Shown one piece after another: positions 53,481-64,000 of a stretch of DNA of 64,000 nucleotides. The stretch lies in NCBI GenBank assembly GCA_010093815.1, contig ML996569.1. One strand, 5' to 3'. The notes under the pieces are model-generated. The model ran no database searches. It was given only the letters and a program-made list of their open reading frames with translations, and had not been told where the DNA came from. Source of the DNA: Pseudovirgaria hyperparasitica. Lineage: Eukaryota. Position 1 is the first letter of the stretch. Every line of letters starts with the position of its first letter. The position numbers and the translations under genes are program-made.

Positions 53481-53915
53481 GATAGGCAGCTGTTCTGAGT
53501 TGATAGAGACTTAATATACCAGGGGTAAATCCTCAAGGTAGCCCAGTATCAGCCGCAAGCAGTGGGAACCGATGAGGATACCAGAAACGAAGATCAAATC
53601 CAGAGCGCAGCAGAAGTCCAAATCCTCATTTTGTGAGAGACCTGGCTGAAACTCGGAAGTACAACAGGTCCGTCTAGACACAGTGAATCGACGATTTGTT
53701 GTTTGAGGCTACAAGAGGCTGGTGGAAGATGCAGCGGAAGTCTCGATCGTCGGGCCCTCTACGTCGACCTTGGTGATCGGGGTTCCTGCCTTGATGCCTC
53801 GATCATTAATAGATGCCTCAGGCCGGAACATGAAAACCAGCAACGCGTTCTGAACGCGCATGCAGCCCCAGAAGCATTGAACCTGTCAATCAACACCCCT
53901 TTATGCGCTTCAGTG

Positions 53916-55223
53916 ATGTTAATTCATGCTGGGAGGCGTCTATTCTCTGTACCACGCCAAGGAGTAGTCACTTATACTCGATGCTTCAGCACCATCGAAG
54001 ATCATCGTGAACCCTTACGAATCTTATATTGCGGTACAGATGCATTCAGCACAAGTTCGCTGATAGCCCTTGACAACATACGCAAGAAATTTCCACGCAT
54101 CATCGAATCAATCCAGGTCTTGCATAAGTCTGAAAAGCCCACGGGACGCGGCCTTAAAGTCCTGTCAGAAAGTACGTATTTGTATCAGCCTCGTGGCTTC
54201 CAACTCACCTAGCAGTACCTATACAAAAACTTTCTCGGTCACTTGGTTTAGACACTTATCACATCAGTCACAGCAATGAAATAGCTGTTTGGACAGTATG
54301 TCTCGAATGTGAATGTTTCTCAATCGAGATCTAATAGCTTCATAGCCACCCAAGGAGTACAATTTGATCATCGCCGTCTCCTTTGGGCTGTTCATCCCTC
54401 GGAGACTGATAGAATCCGCAAAGTATGGGGGACTGAATGTGCACCCATCACTTCTACCTGAGTATGTCACGTGGCTGGATGTGCTTTCTTCAAGTGGTCT
54501 GACATTAGCAGTCTTCGCGGCGCCGCTCCCATACACCATGCCTTGTTACTGAAAAGACCGGTCACCGGCGTCACCATCCAAACTCTCGATGTGGACAAGT
54601 TTGATCACGGTCTTAGAATAGAGCAGTCAGGACCAATTGACTTGACACGAGGTGAGTACGTAACCCTTGAGTCTTTGTCAAGGAAGCTCGGGCAAGTAGG
54701 CAGCCAGATCTTAGCCCAGTGTATCATGAACAAAAGCTATTTACTTGGACCGAACACGGAGGCCCCTAAGGATGGAGGATGGAGTCACTCGCCGTGTGCT
54801 CCGGACGATGAGAGATTTCCCCCAATTAGCCCAGCGCCTAAAATCACACCGGAAATGAAGCAGATAAAGTGGGAAACCCAAACATTTGAAGACATTGCAC
54901 TACACCGACGTGTTCTTGGGCCCACGTGGGACAAGTCGATTCATGCCATGAATAAGCGCATTATCTTCCATAGGTTCGAATTCGCACGGGATGCCAGTAT
55001 CTTCAAAGATCTTCTTCCTGGGGAATCTATCACAGTCTCTAGTCCGGACTCCAACGTTAGGACGCCCTACGTCAAGACGTGTGATGGGCCTGATGTAGGG
55101 TTGAAAATGCTGAACTGGACGGTTGAGGGAAAGAGGCCGAATTGCTACTGGATCCCAAAGAAACCGAAAAGTCGTGCTATGTCGGCAGAAGAGTCAAAAA
55201 AGATTGAGGGTGCCGCAGCATGA
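53916..55223 (+). CDS. FMT1: Mitochondrial methionyl-tRNA formyltransferase, multi-exon
   Basis: PLRILYCGTDAFS, KPTGRGLK, IIAVSFGLFIP, LNVHPSLLP, LRGAAPIHHALL, TGVTIQTL..KFDHG, APKIT. Confidence 0.88.
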
Positions 55224-56270
55224 GAGGAACTTCGAGGATGTAGCAATATACTTAATCCAATTGTATCATTCCAATTTCAGAATCGAGACTCCGCTGTGGC
55301 AGGGTCACCGGCAAGCCATGGCTTGTTTTACCCGTGAGACCTCTGAGCGACTTCAACGTACGTTCTATCAGATACTCGAATCTCGATGTCTTCGCTGTAT
55401 AAGTCTACGTGTGCTCAATTCATTGGATTGTCTCTGATGCGCTGAACCTCAGAGGTTCTATGTAGGGCCCGGTCGATGCGCAACGCGGAAGGATCCCACT
55501 CCGCTCGACAGGAAAATATACACACAACATTCATTCTATACAAGGTCGTTCGTTAGAACATATTATGCCAAACAAAGCTATCGATGATCCAGATATCGAG
55601 GGCTTACAGTAGCGAGCAATCAAGCAAAATTTGGTTCTCAACCAATCGAAGTCAACTTTTACAATTGCCTTTTCATGGCCACTAAAATCTGTTTCTTGAT
55701 TAGTGCAGAGTCATTGGCGCCAACAACATCAAATGATTTTTTTTCGTCCAACTGCCTGTTAGAAACTATAGTATACGGCTAAATCAAGGTGGAATGTCAA
55801 CGACAGTCTGCTAGTTACACGTTGCAGGTGAGCTTTACTATCGCGCAATGGTTGCTACTGGTGGAGATGACGAAGATATTGTCCGATGGGTACCGCCGCC
55901 CAAGGAATAAATTCCTCTAGCATTGCGGCATGGGTAAACGCATGGATTTATCAAGTACTGTAGTTCACTAACCATTAACAAGGTACGTCTCTCTTCATAG
56001 GTAAACGATTCTAGTTCACTAAAGAATCAAGACATCTTTGGGTAGCCGTGAGAGTTGGCATGCACGTTTCGTCTTTGGAATTAAAATAACAGAATCCATT
56101 GATGATGAATGCATGCGTTGGGAGAAAATCGTGGATACTTCCTCGATGCCTCCTTGCTGCCTTTCTTTCTGAGAATCCTCTCGTGTCGCTGTGCGGCTGT
56201 GGAGCGTATCTAAACTATTTGTCCCGATATCTGATTACATCGGTAGTCACAACTCGGTCTGTATTCACAC

Positions 56271-57272
56271 TCATTCTGAGTATGGTGGTGAATCTGGACC
56301 CCTTATCAAGGGGATCCGGTAGGTGAGAAACTTTGGGAGGGCGTTAACGGCTACGGAGCTATAGGGTCCGACTTTGCCTTCGTCCAGCTGGAATGTATCC
56401 AGAAGTGTCCCTAGCGTGACAGCAATTTGGACCGCTTCCGGTTTAGCATGACTGCGTACATTCTCAGGAATCCCATCCCAAATCTCTTGCCAGAACCCTC
56501 TCTCCGCGTCGTCGAACTCGGGGGGCATATAAAACTTTTGCTCGGAATATTCGCCAGCAAGGGTGTGGACGCGGCCAAAGCCCATGCCAAAGGGAAGAGG
56601 GGTTGATAGTTCCCAGTCAACGATACCAGAAACCTCACAGTTATCATCAACCATGATGTTGACCTCGTTCAGGTCGAAGTGAGCGACAAAAAGTGGTAGA
56701 CTCTTGAGCTGGTCTAATTTGCCAAGCAAATCTCTCGCCACGAGGTGGAATTGGCGAATCTGGGGATCCTCAGAGGCGAGGAGTAGTTCTAGATGCGGGC
56801 GAACCTTATGATCAATCACCGAACCACTGCTATCGTCGACATAGCCCTTTGACAAAATTCGGCCTAAGGATCGGACGGTAGTAACTCTGGTTTGTGAGGT
56901 TCTTCCTCTTGCACCATCAAGCCATGTTTTTCCAGGAATGCACGTCATCCAGTAAACCCATATGCCCTCACGTTCCAATTCTGCGTCTTGAATTACTTTG
57001 ATGTCAGGGACAACCTCGCCGAGCACTCTCCGGGCAAGTAAGAACGGCTCAAGATCTAGGGGTTCGGGCCGGAATTGTATGACGACATCCTCGCCATTTT
57101 GCAGCGTTACGATTACTGTCCTACTGAAAAAACCTTGTAAATTGGGCCCTCGAGCCTTCTTGGAGGGGATGTCCGAGTGCAAGTTGACCAGTTGACGTGC
57201 TTTTGTGCTCTGTTTCGACGGCGTGTTTAGACACTTTGGAAGGTCAGCATTAGAGGTAATCTCGATAACCAT
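56271..57272 (-). CDS. APH/choline-kinase-like phosphotransferase family protein, intronless
   Basis: QGFFSRTV, VVIQFR, Brenner-type HFDLNEVNIMV and GIVDWE motifs. Confidence 0.8.
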   Translation of the reverse strand: MVIEITSNADLPKCLNTPSKQSTKARQLVNLHSDIPSKKARGPNLQGFFSRTVIVTLQNGEDVVIQFRPEPLDLEPFLLARRVLGEVVPDIKVIQDAELEREGIWVYWMTCIPGKTWLDGARGRTSQTRVTTVRSLGRILSKGYVDDSSGSVIDHKVRPHLELLLASEDPQIRQFHLVARDLLGKLDQLKSLPLFVAHFDLNEVNIMVDDNCEVSGIVDWELSTPLPFGMGFGRVHTLAGEYSEQKFYMPPEFDDAERGFWQEIWDGIPENVRSHAKPEAVQIAVTLGTLLDTFQLDEGKVGPYSSVAVNALPKFLTYRIPLIRGPDSPPYSE

Positions 57273-57429
57273 GATGATTCCGAAGTGAAACTCATGCTAA
57301 GCTAAGTAATAAAACAGCTTATGCTTAGAGATAGTAGAGAAGTGCTGGGTGATAAAAGACAGTGATCTCTCCGGGATGCTTACCTAAGTATTAAGTAATC
57401 ACGCTTATACAAGGTCAGTTACTTGGCTC

Positions 57430-57442
57430 TTATGACTCATAA
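57430..57442. promoter_or_regulatory. AP-1/Gcn4-type bZIP site (TTATGACTCATAA)
   Basis: Optimal ATGACTCAT core within an extended pseudo-palindrome in the APH/GST divergent promoter. Confidence 0.5.
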
Positions 57443-57772
57443 TGATTGACGTTGAGGTGTACATCCAGAGTAGCTTAGTTCAACTTGTTAGTTAATATCA
57501 TTCAATTCATTATATATATATTCTGGTACAATAAGATATAAAGAGATGTTATGAACATTCTCTCATGAAAGTTTTATCGTCTAAGATAAATGTTTCTTGA
57601 ATTCGTTGAAGATCGCGATAATACACCAGTACATAAAGCGCATTGTCCGCAGTTCTTGGCTAATGCACCAGCATTGATTGCTTACGGCCGCACACTCGAG
57701 TAATATAGAGGCAAATTGAACCTACCTTCCTACACAGCACGCTACAAGACGTCACTCAGTACTACCCGCAAC

Positions 57773-58498
57773 ATGGCGCCGCTCATCCTTTACGTTTCTC
57801 CCGGCGCATGCTCGCTATTCAATCACATCCTTCTCCGGGAATCCAAACTCGACTTCTCGCTAGTCGTTCTGGATATCACAAAGACAAATGGCTTTCCCGA
57901 GACGCACGCTCATCTCAACCCGAAGAAGCGCGTGCCAATCCTGATCCTCGAAGACGGCAAGACAACAATCACCGAGACCGTCGCCATCGCATCCTACATC
58001 GATCGTCGCGCGCCCGAGGCAGGGTTGTTTGGCAAATCCGACCTAGAAGCTGTGCGATGCTACGAATGGTTCAATTGGCTGTCCGGGACTGTGCACGAGC
58101 GAGGCTTCGGGGCGTTGTTCTTGCCCAAGATGTGGACGGCGGACGAGGCTGCCTGGGACGGTGTGCGTGTCACGGCGAGAGAGTGGGTCCAGTCTTGCTT
58201 CGCGCAGATAGAAGAGAGACTTCAGGCTAGCAGCAGTGGATATTCGGTTGGGGATGAGTTCACCGCTGCGGATGTATTCCTTTATGTCGAGTATCGCTGG
58301 GGCAATCTGCTTGGGATGGATATGGAGGCCTTGTATCCCGCACTCACGAAGCTTGTAGGTAGAGTTGTTGAGAGAGAGAGCGTGAGAGAGGCAGCTAGGA
58401 TCGAGGGAATTCCACTCATTCTGGATGACAGGGGCGGGGATAAGGAGAGGAATTACGGGAAGGTCGACGATTCGCAGAAAACTGAAGAGGCTTCATGA
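57773..58498 (+). CDS. Glutathione S-transferase, beta-class-like, intronless
   Basis: LYVSPGACSL, NPKKRVPIL, ITETVAIASYI, WLSGTVH, GDEFTAADVFL, YPAL. Confidence 0.9.
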   Translation: MAPLILYVSPGACSLFNHILLRESKLDFSLVVLDITKTNGFPETHAHLNPKKRVPILILEDGKTTITETVAIASYIDRRAPEAGLFGKSDLEAVRCYEWFNWLSGTVHERGFGALFLPKMWTADEAAWDGVRVTAREWVQSCFAQIEERLQASSSGYSVGDEFTAADVFLYVEYRWGNLLGMDMEALYPALTKLVGRVVERESVREAARIEGIPLILDDRGGDKERNYGKVDDSQKTEEAS

Positions 58499-60317
58499 TA
58501 TCGTTTGTCGTTGGGATGATCCTTGCCACATACTATATGTAGAGTAAGCAATTGTCCCAAGTTCAGCCAAGCTAGGAGTAAGCTCTTTTCCAGTGTGGCT
58601 CCTAAAGCTGAATTGCGATATCCTCCGCCTATCATCTACCCTTATGAGGGGATGCATACAACGTCATTAACCGACCCGAAATGTCGGTGTCGTTCTGTCC
58701 AGACGTCTTGCTACGGGTATATGGAATGGAGCCAGGGTTTGCGCAGTGCTAGCATCCGAAAGATGGCACATAGGCAGTATGCAGGTAAAGGACAGGCATC
58801 TAATAGGCTCATCTACGAAGGGCAAAACCCACCGATTATAAGAAGGCGGAACGTCGGATATACTCGAGCTTAGGAAATATGTCACAATGTACAGTATCTT
58901 TCCTAGACCAGAATGCTCAGGGGCTATTATGCTCCCGAAAGCTCTATGAGCAGTGGTGCAGCTATTCATGACTCGAGCGGATGCAGTTGTAATCTGGCTG
59001 GCAGAAGAAATACCACAATTCAACATGGTTAAGATGACTGTAAGTGAGATTCTTTAAATCAAGGGTGCGTGCGGCTGGGGTTCATAGATAACACTGCAGG
59101 AGCAGTAAGCCTATATGTCTCGTTGAAGATGCCGAGATCTCAAATAGATCATTTGTCCTCCGGAAAGGTAACGCCGGTTAGGATATATTCCGCATTCGTA
59201 TTGTCGATGATATACGCCATGACTTATGATCTTTGAGATCCTGGGTCGGTCTAGTCCGCTAGATATAAAACTTCGAAATAGAGTAGTTTTCCACAAATCC
59301 TTTGTTTTGCCTCATCTATAGTTGATTTCTCATAGCGAGGAGCATTCGAGTGTCGAGTCCGCCACCCTCTACCTGAAATCTCATTGGAGTAACTTTCTCT
59401 ACGGCATTCAAGATGAAGTAAACATGAAGCTTAGTCTCGACGGGGCGTCTCCACTGTTGATAGCGGAACATTTCCTATCCAATGATGACAACTATGCTCA
59501 TATTTGCCATCAATGAGCTCTGAGCATGCTTGCGGAATGGATAGTTACGTGTCGAAGGATGCCAGAATGAGTCAACTGCTCTGCTGCTGTCGCCATATGA
59601 TCCTCGACCGGGAAAGCGGTTAATGAAAGGAGAGATATCAGCTCGTCTTGGCGGCGGTCAGTAGGCGAGGGGAGCAGAGTAGATTCTGAAAGGGCGCAGT
59701 TACAGGGATATAGAGGAGGATGTTGATTTGCGGATAAATGAGAAAGGAGGATGGCAATCCATGGATAAATTGTGCCCGCAACAAAGCGTGAGGAGCCGCT
59801 AACAGCCCCTCGCCGGACGCCTGTCGATCCACACTTTCCACCGCCTACGCACGTTGGAGCCAACCAGTGACAAGCTTTGCCATCTACACCGGCAATAATG
59901 CTTCCTATACACTTGTCACTACATACATCCACCATCTCGCGAGCCTCCTCGTCAAATGTCGATTGCAGCCTATACGGAACTATTCTGCTTGCCAGTTGGC
60001 CTTGCAATAACTGACAACTGGCTCTGCCATCACATCTCGCACTGATCCTATAGCCGTCCTATCCTACTATATCACGTCCTAGCCGACCCGCCTGATACTA
60101 TCATTTCCCTGCCTGTCAGCATCATATACTTCCTCCTTTCATAGCTCCTATACCGGTACACGAAACACTTACAGCTACGGGGGAATTGGGCACCTGGAAC
60201 AACAGAGATGCGAGTCATCTGCCACCAGATCTTCTCGCACAGTACCTTTCGCGCACCTTGAATACAAGTCTACCTTCCTTCTTAGGCAGCTCGACCCTTT
60301 GACGACGCGTTCAGCAA

Positions 60318-62357
60318 ATGGTTACTCGGCTTAGCTCTTCTATGGCGACCAAGCTCCTGGTGGAGACAGTGTCACCAACTCCATTCTCGAAATCCATGGC
60401 CGTTGTAGACGTGCAAGAGATACCGACTCTTCAAAAGCCGTCGTTACTGGTTGTCTTCGGTAAAGAGTCGGAAGCCCTTGTGGGAGTAATAGCAGACGTC
60501 CTAGGCCAGAAGGCGGAAATTTCTGGGTCAGTGTCAGAAGTCAAAGCAGGATTGAAAGATACCATTCACGGCATTTCAAGAAAGAGCTTTCTCGCTGAAG
60601 CTGCAGAATGGGATAGTTCCAGATTACTGCTCAATACGCACTGCGTGGATGGAGAAGGAGAGACGTTGGATGAGGCTTTTAGCTCTCAATGTGACTATGA
60701 GTACCTGTACACGAAAACGACTTTCTACAGGCGGGATCTGGCCCGCTTCCTATCCTTTATTCTCGGTCAAATCAATCCACATGACAGTCTTGCGAAGAAA
60801 CTTCGAACAACCCTACTGTCTACAACATTTCCGGACATTCACGCGGCGCTACCGAACCTCGATATCCTCTCGGTTGGTGCAGATGCAGTGGAGCTGAGAG
60901 TTGACTTGCTAAAAGAACCGCTTCCTGATGGCAGCTACAGTCCGATACCGAGCCTCAAATATGTCGGCGAGCAATTGATGACCTTGCGTCAGCGGACAGA
61001 GCTACCCATAATCTACACAACACGATGCACAAACGAGAACGGGAGATTTCCTATGGACGACCCGGTTCTCTTCTACACATATCTGCGGAAGGCGATTCAA
61101 TGGGGATGCGAATACATCGATGTTGAGCTGTGGCTTCCTGAAGACATCAGACGCAAATTATCAGAGACCAAGGGCAGCAGTCGCATAATTTCTGCTTTTC
61201 ACGACTTCTCTGGAAAATTCAAATGGACCACCACTGAAGCCGAAGATCTATTCAGGAAAGGAGCAGTATATGGCGATGTGGTAAAGATGATTGCATTGGT
61301 CACGAGTACTCAAGAGAACTATGAACTCGAGTATTTTAGGTCCCTCATTGAGTCAAAATACTCTCATCCTCCGTTGTCTGGTCTCAACATGGGACCTCAG
61401 GGTCAACTGTCTCGAGCTTTGAACAAAGTGTTCACTCCTATCACACATCCCCTGCTTCCAATGATCGCTGCACCTGGTCAACTCAGTGCAGCCGAGATAA
61501 ACGTCGCGCGGTTTAATATGGGACAGTTCGCAAAGAAGGATATATACGGTATTGGCTCGTACCGTTCTATGACTCAAGCAATGTTCTTCGAAAAGTGCTT
61601 CAATGAGCTCAGCTTACCTCATCAGTTCATATTCCTGGAGAAGAGTCCTAAGGGACCCATAGACGCGATTCTCAAACGGCCCAACTTTGGTGGGGCCTAC
61701 ATCAATCCGCCAGTTGCCATATCATCCCCTTCTTTGCCTACCATGTCAGATGCTGCTTTTGCGATTGGACAGGTAGATACAGTGCTTGTTCATCAAAACG
61801 GCGAAATCTCACACGAGGGCGACAATGCACGTTGGAAAGGGATACGCTCCACTTTGACGCGTGACTTTGTGCCAACGGCGTACAGCCAACGAGCAGCGCT
61901 CATATTGGCGAGCGCGGAGTCAGATGCTGCACCTGCCATCTTTGCTTTGAAGAGCCTTGGCATCGGACCCATTTTCACTATTGGGTTTAAGATGCACGGA
62001 ACACTGAAAGGGGATGTGGAACAAGTTCGATCGGTTGAAGACATGAAACGTCTTGACCAACCATTCGTCATCATATCCGCACTTCCGGCTGAGAAATCCA
62101 TGTCTGTGGCTCCGCTGCTGAAACACTACAGTGGGGACGGAACTGGGCTTGGCAAATCCGCCGGCAAAGTGTTCGTGGATCTCTCCACAGGACCAAGAAA
62201 AAACGATCCCTTGACAGTGGCAGCATCTACCGGATGGACCGTGTACAGCATTGCGGATGTGAGTGCTTGGACAACAGTGGAGACTTTGCGGCTCCTAGTG
62301 GGACAGAACGTTCCTTATGACTTTGTACGACTTGCATCTGGTCAAGGCTTGTTTTGA
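60318..62357 (+). CDS. AROM C-terminal-derived protein: type I 3-dehydroquinate dehydratase flanked by degenerate shikimate kinase and shikimate dehydrogenase domains (QutR/qa-1S-like architecture)
   Basis: DAVELRVDLL, LPIIYTTR, YIDVEL, SAFHDF, GDVVKM, NMGPQGQLSRALN..TPITHPLLP..AAPGQLS. Confidence 0.85.
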   Translation: MVTRLSSSMATKLLVETVSPTPFSKSMAVVDVQEIPTLQKPSLLVVFGKESEALVGVIADVLGQKAEISGSVSEVKAGLKDTIHGISRKSFLAEAAEWDSSRLLLNTHCVDGEGETLDEAFSSQCDYEYLYTKTTFYRRDLARFLSFILGQINPHDSLAKKLRTTLLSTTFPDIHAALPNLDILSVGADAVELRVDLLKEPLPDGSYSPIPSLKYVGEQLMTLRQRTELPIIYTTRCTNENGRFPMDDPVLFYTYLRKAIQWGCEYIDVELWLPEDIRRKLSETKGSSRIISAFHDFSGKFKWTTTEAEDLFRKGAVYGDVVKMIALVTSTQENYELEYFRSLIESKYSHPPLSGLNMGPQGQLSRALNKVFTPITHPLLPMIAAPGQLSAAEINVARFNMGQFAKKDIYGIGSYRSMTQAMFFEKCFNELSLPHQFIFLEKSPKGPIDAILKRPNFGGAYINPPVAISSPSLPTMSDAAFAIGQVDTVLVHQNGEISHEGDNARWKGIRSTLTRDFVPTAYSQRAALILASAESDAAPAIFALKSLGIGPIFTIGFKMHGTLKGDVEQVRSVEDMKRLDQPFVIISALPAEKSMSVAPLLKHYSGDGTGLGKSAGKVFVDLSTGPRKNDPLTVAASTGWTVYSIADVSAWTTVETLRLLVGQNVPYDFVRLASGQGLF

Positions 62358-64000
62358 CACAGCATGAAGCACTACAGGTGAGGCGTTGGGCGGCATTGAG
62401 GTTTACAGTTTGCACATCCAGGCCTGGCTGGGTTTCAACGTATCGGGCATACATTTTGATACCACCAACACGACCTTACAAATCTCATTCTATGCTCAAG
62501 TGCGTGCGGCCTCGTTTATGTCAGCTCATCATCAAAGAATGAAACTTCCAGAATGCAGAGACAGTAAAGTGGCATCAAGAAGAGCGGAAGATGCCGATAT
62601 ACGCCATGGACTGGAGTCAGTCTAAACCTTCAGGGTCGTCTATAATATTAAAGGTTCGCCAACTCATAAGCGCTAAGGGAGTAGCGATCCTCTCTGCGGT
62701 GACGCCTATACCACTGCATTCGTGTCGGTACTAGGTTAGAGAGCCCTGATGCTAGCTCTGTGACAAGATGGGCAAAGCGTCGGCCTCGTATATTATTGAA
62801 ATGTCTCGGATAAGATACACGAGTTGTCAGGAAACTCGCACAAGCCCATACGGCTCGCAGCTGCCGAACCCCTAATTGATAGCTGATCTTTCGTGGTCAT
62901 GCTTATGACAGAGCAGTCTGGAGGTGTGAGCAGCGAGATGATCTTCCAGATCCAAAGCAGCCTCATCGCCGAAATGATGCAACCTGCTACGGAAAGATGG
63001 AAGGAGAGACCAATAAGATCGACTTATAGTGTATAAATACGACGGGCCTCGTAAATGCACCCCAGATTTCGAGTCATTCGGATCTATATACCAGCTCGTC
63101 TGCTAGATCGAGTTCGGAGAGACATACGATGGTATGGCTCCGGATTGGTGGACATTTAGCATACAGGGATGCTAAATAGAAGCGAGGGCGCCTTACTCAC
63201 CGTCGCAAGTAGCCACGCCCACGCCTTAGATGGAGCGACGCAGCCGCGCGTTGGCAGTACATGGCCTGCCTGTATGGTGCAGGTCGGTCATGATAAAGAG
63301 AAGGAAAAAAAGCATGCATTATGCCTTGAAATTGCAATGATGATAGCTGTTGATTGGATTGGGAGATATAAGATATTACAAGATCAAGTGAAAGGAGTAT
63401 TCTATATCCTAAGCGAGGAAGATAATAGATGATAGGTTGGTTGTAAAGGTTATCCACAATCCCACAATACACGAACCACAATCCACAATCCACAATCCAA
63501 CCCACCCACGCCCCGTCGCCGTCGCCATCCTCCGCGCGGGGCGAGGCCTCGTGCGGTGTGGAGCACTAATTGACATTAAGTTGATGGATGGCCGATCGAC
63601 CTGTATACTAATACGTATTAACTAATATCTGATATGACCTTAGAACCTCAAGCAGATGCTTCGGCGGCAGTTAACCCTTCTTTGCCTCATCCTCACCTCT
63701 ATCTCCGTCCTCGTCCCAACCATTGCAGGTAATATGCATCAGCACCAGCACCAGCAGCACCACAACCCTGGCCTCGATCTGAGAGCATCCCTGGGCGGCG
63801 GCTGACCGGACGACTGGAGCGACAGTTCCTGGGAGCGTCACGCGCGTACCCAGACGTCCAATTGCTGCGTTGGGGCGGACATGCTCTTGTTACAACACAA
63901 CATGCGGCACCAAGAAGCCTTCCACCGGATCGTTCACCATACAACATAGAACGACACCAAGCAGGGAGTCCCCGCGCCTGCATCAATCATCAATCATCAA

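Noticed and set aside
55659..55755. Possible terminal exon on the - strand (QLDEKKSFDVVGANDSALIKKQILVAMKRQL)
   Set aside because: No supportable upstream exons or start codon; too short to assign.
59600..59780. GGATAA half-sites resembling QA-1F/QutA binding sites upstream of the dehydroquinase-like gene
   Set aside because: Only half of the dyad consensus matches, which is likely by chance.
62400..64000. Short ORFs at the window end
   Set aside because: No recognisable protein motifs or consistent exon chain.

Overview
Eukaryotic, intron-containing genomic DNA from a filamentous ascomycete (probably a Dothideomycete; this is inferred from gene content, short GT-AG introns with CTAAC/CTGAC branch sites, and RIP-like sequence). 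About 22 protein-coding genes can be built by hand. Most are housekeeping: ECM33, VPS29, AGX1, ELP1, a DUF1279 protein, an MDR enoyl reductase, grg-1, GUT2, an RPN4-like C2H2 factor, two SWIM-RING paralogs, a SUR7/PalI protein, a PLC-like phosphodiesterase, an SCPx-type thiolase, an ABC1 kinase, RSP5, CCZ1, FMT1, an APH-like phosphotransferase, a beta-class-like GST and an AROM-derived dehydroquinase. No tRNA, rRNA or intact transposon was recognised. The main points of interest are: (1) an accessory island of about 5 kb (20.9-26.3 kb) with a RIP-scarred left flank, an AT-rich right flank, and a head-to-head FHA-kinase plus orphan gene with a GC-AG intron; (2) a PTS2 peroxisomal signal in an in-frame upstream extension of AGX1; (3) an RPN4-like gene with an exact PACE element just upstream and an in-frame optional intron encoding an acidic/aromatic motif; (4) tandem SWIM-RING paralogs, one with four introns and one with none; (5) repeated sharp C-rich to G-rich skew flips inside genes. 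All calls come from reading the sequence; no database searches were run.
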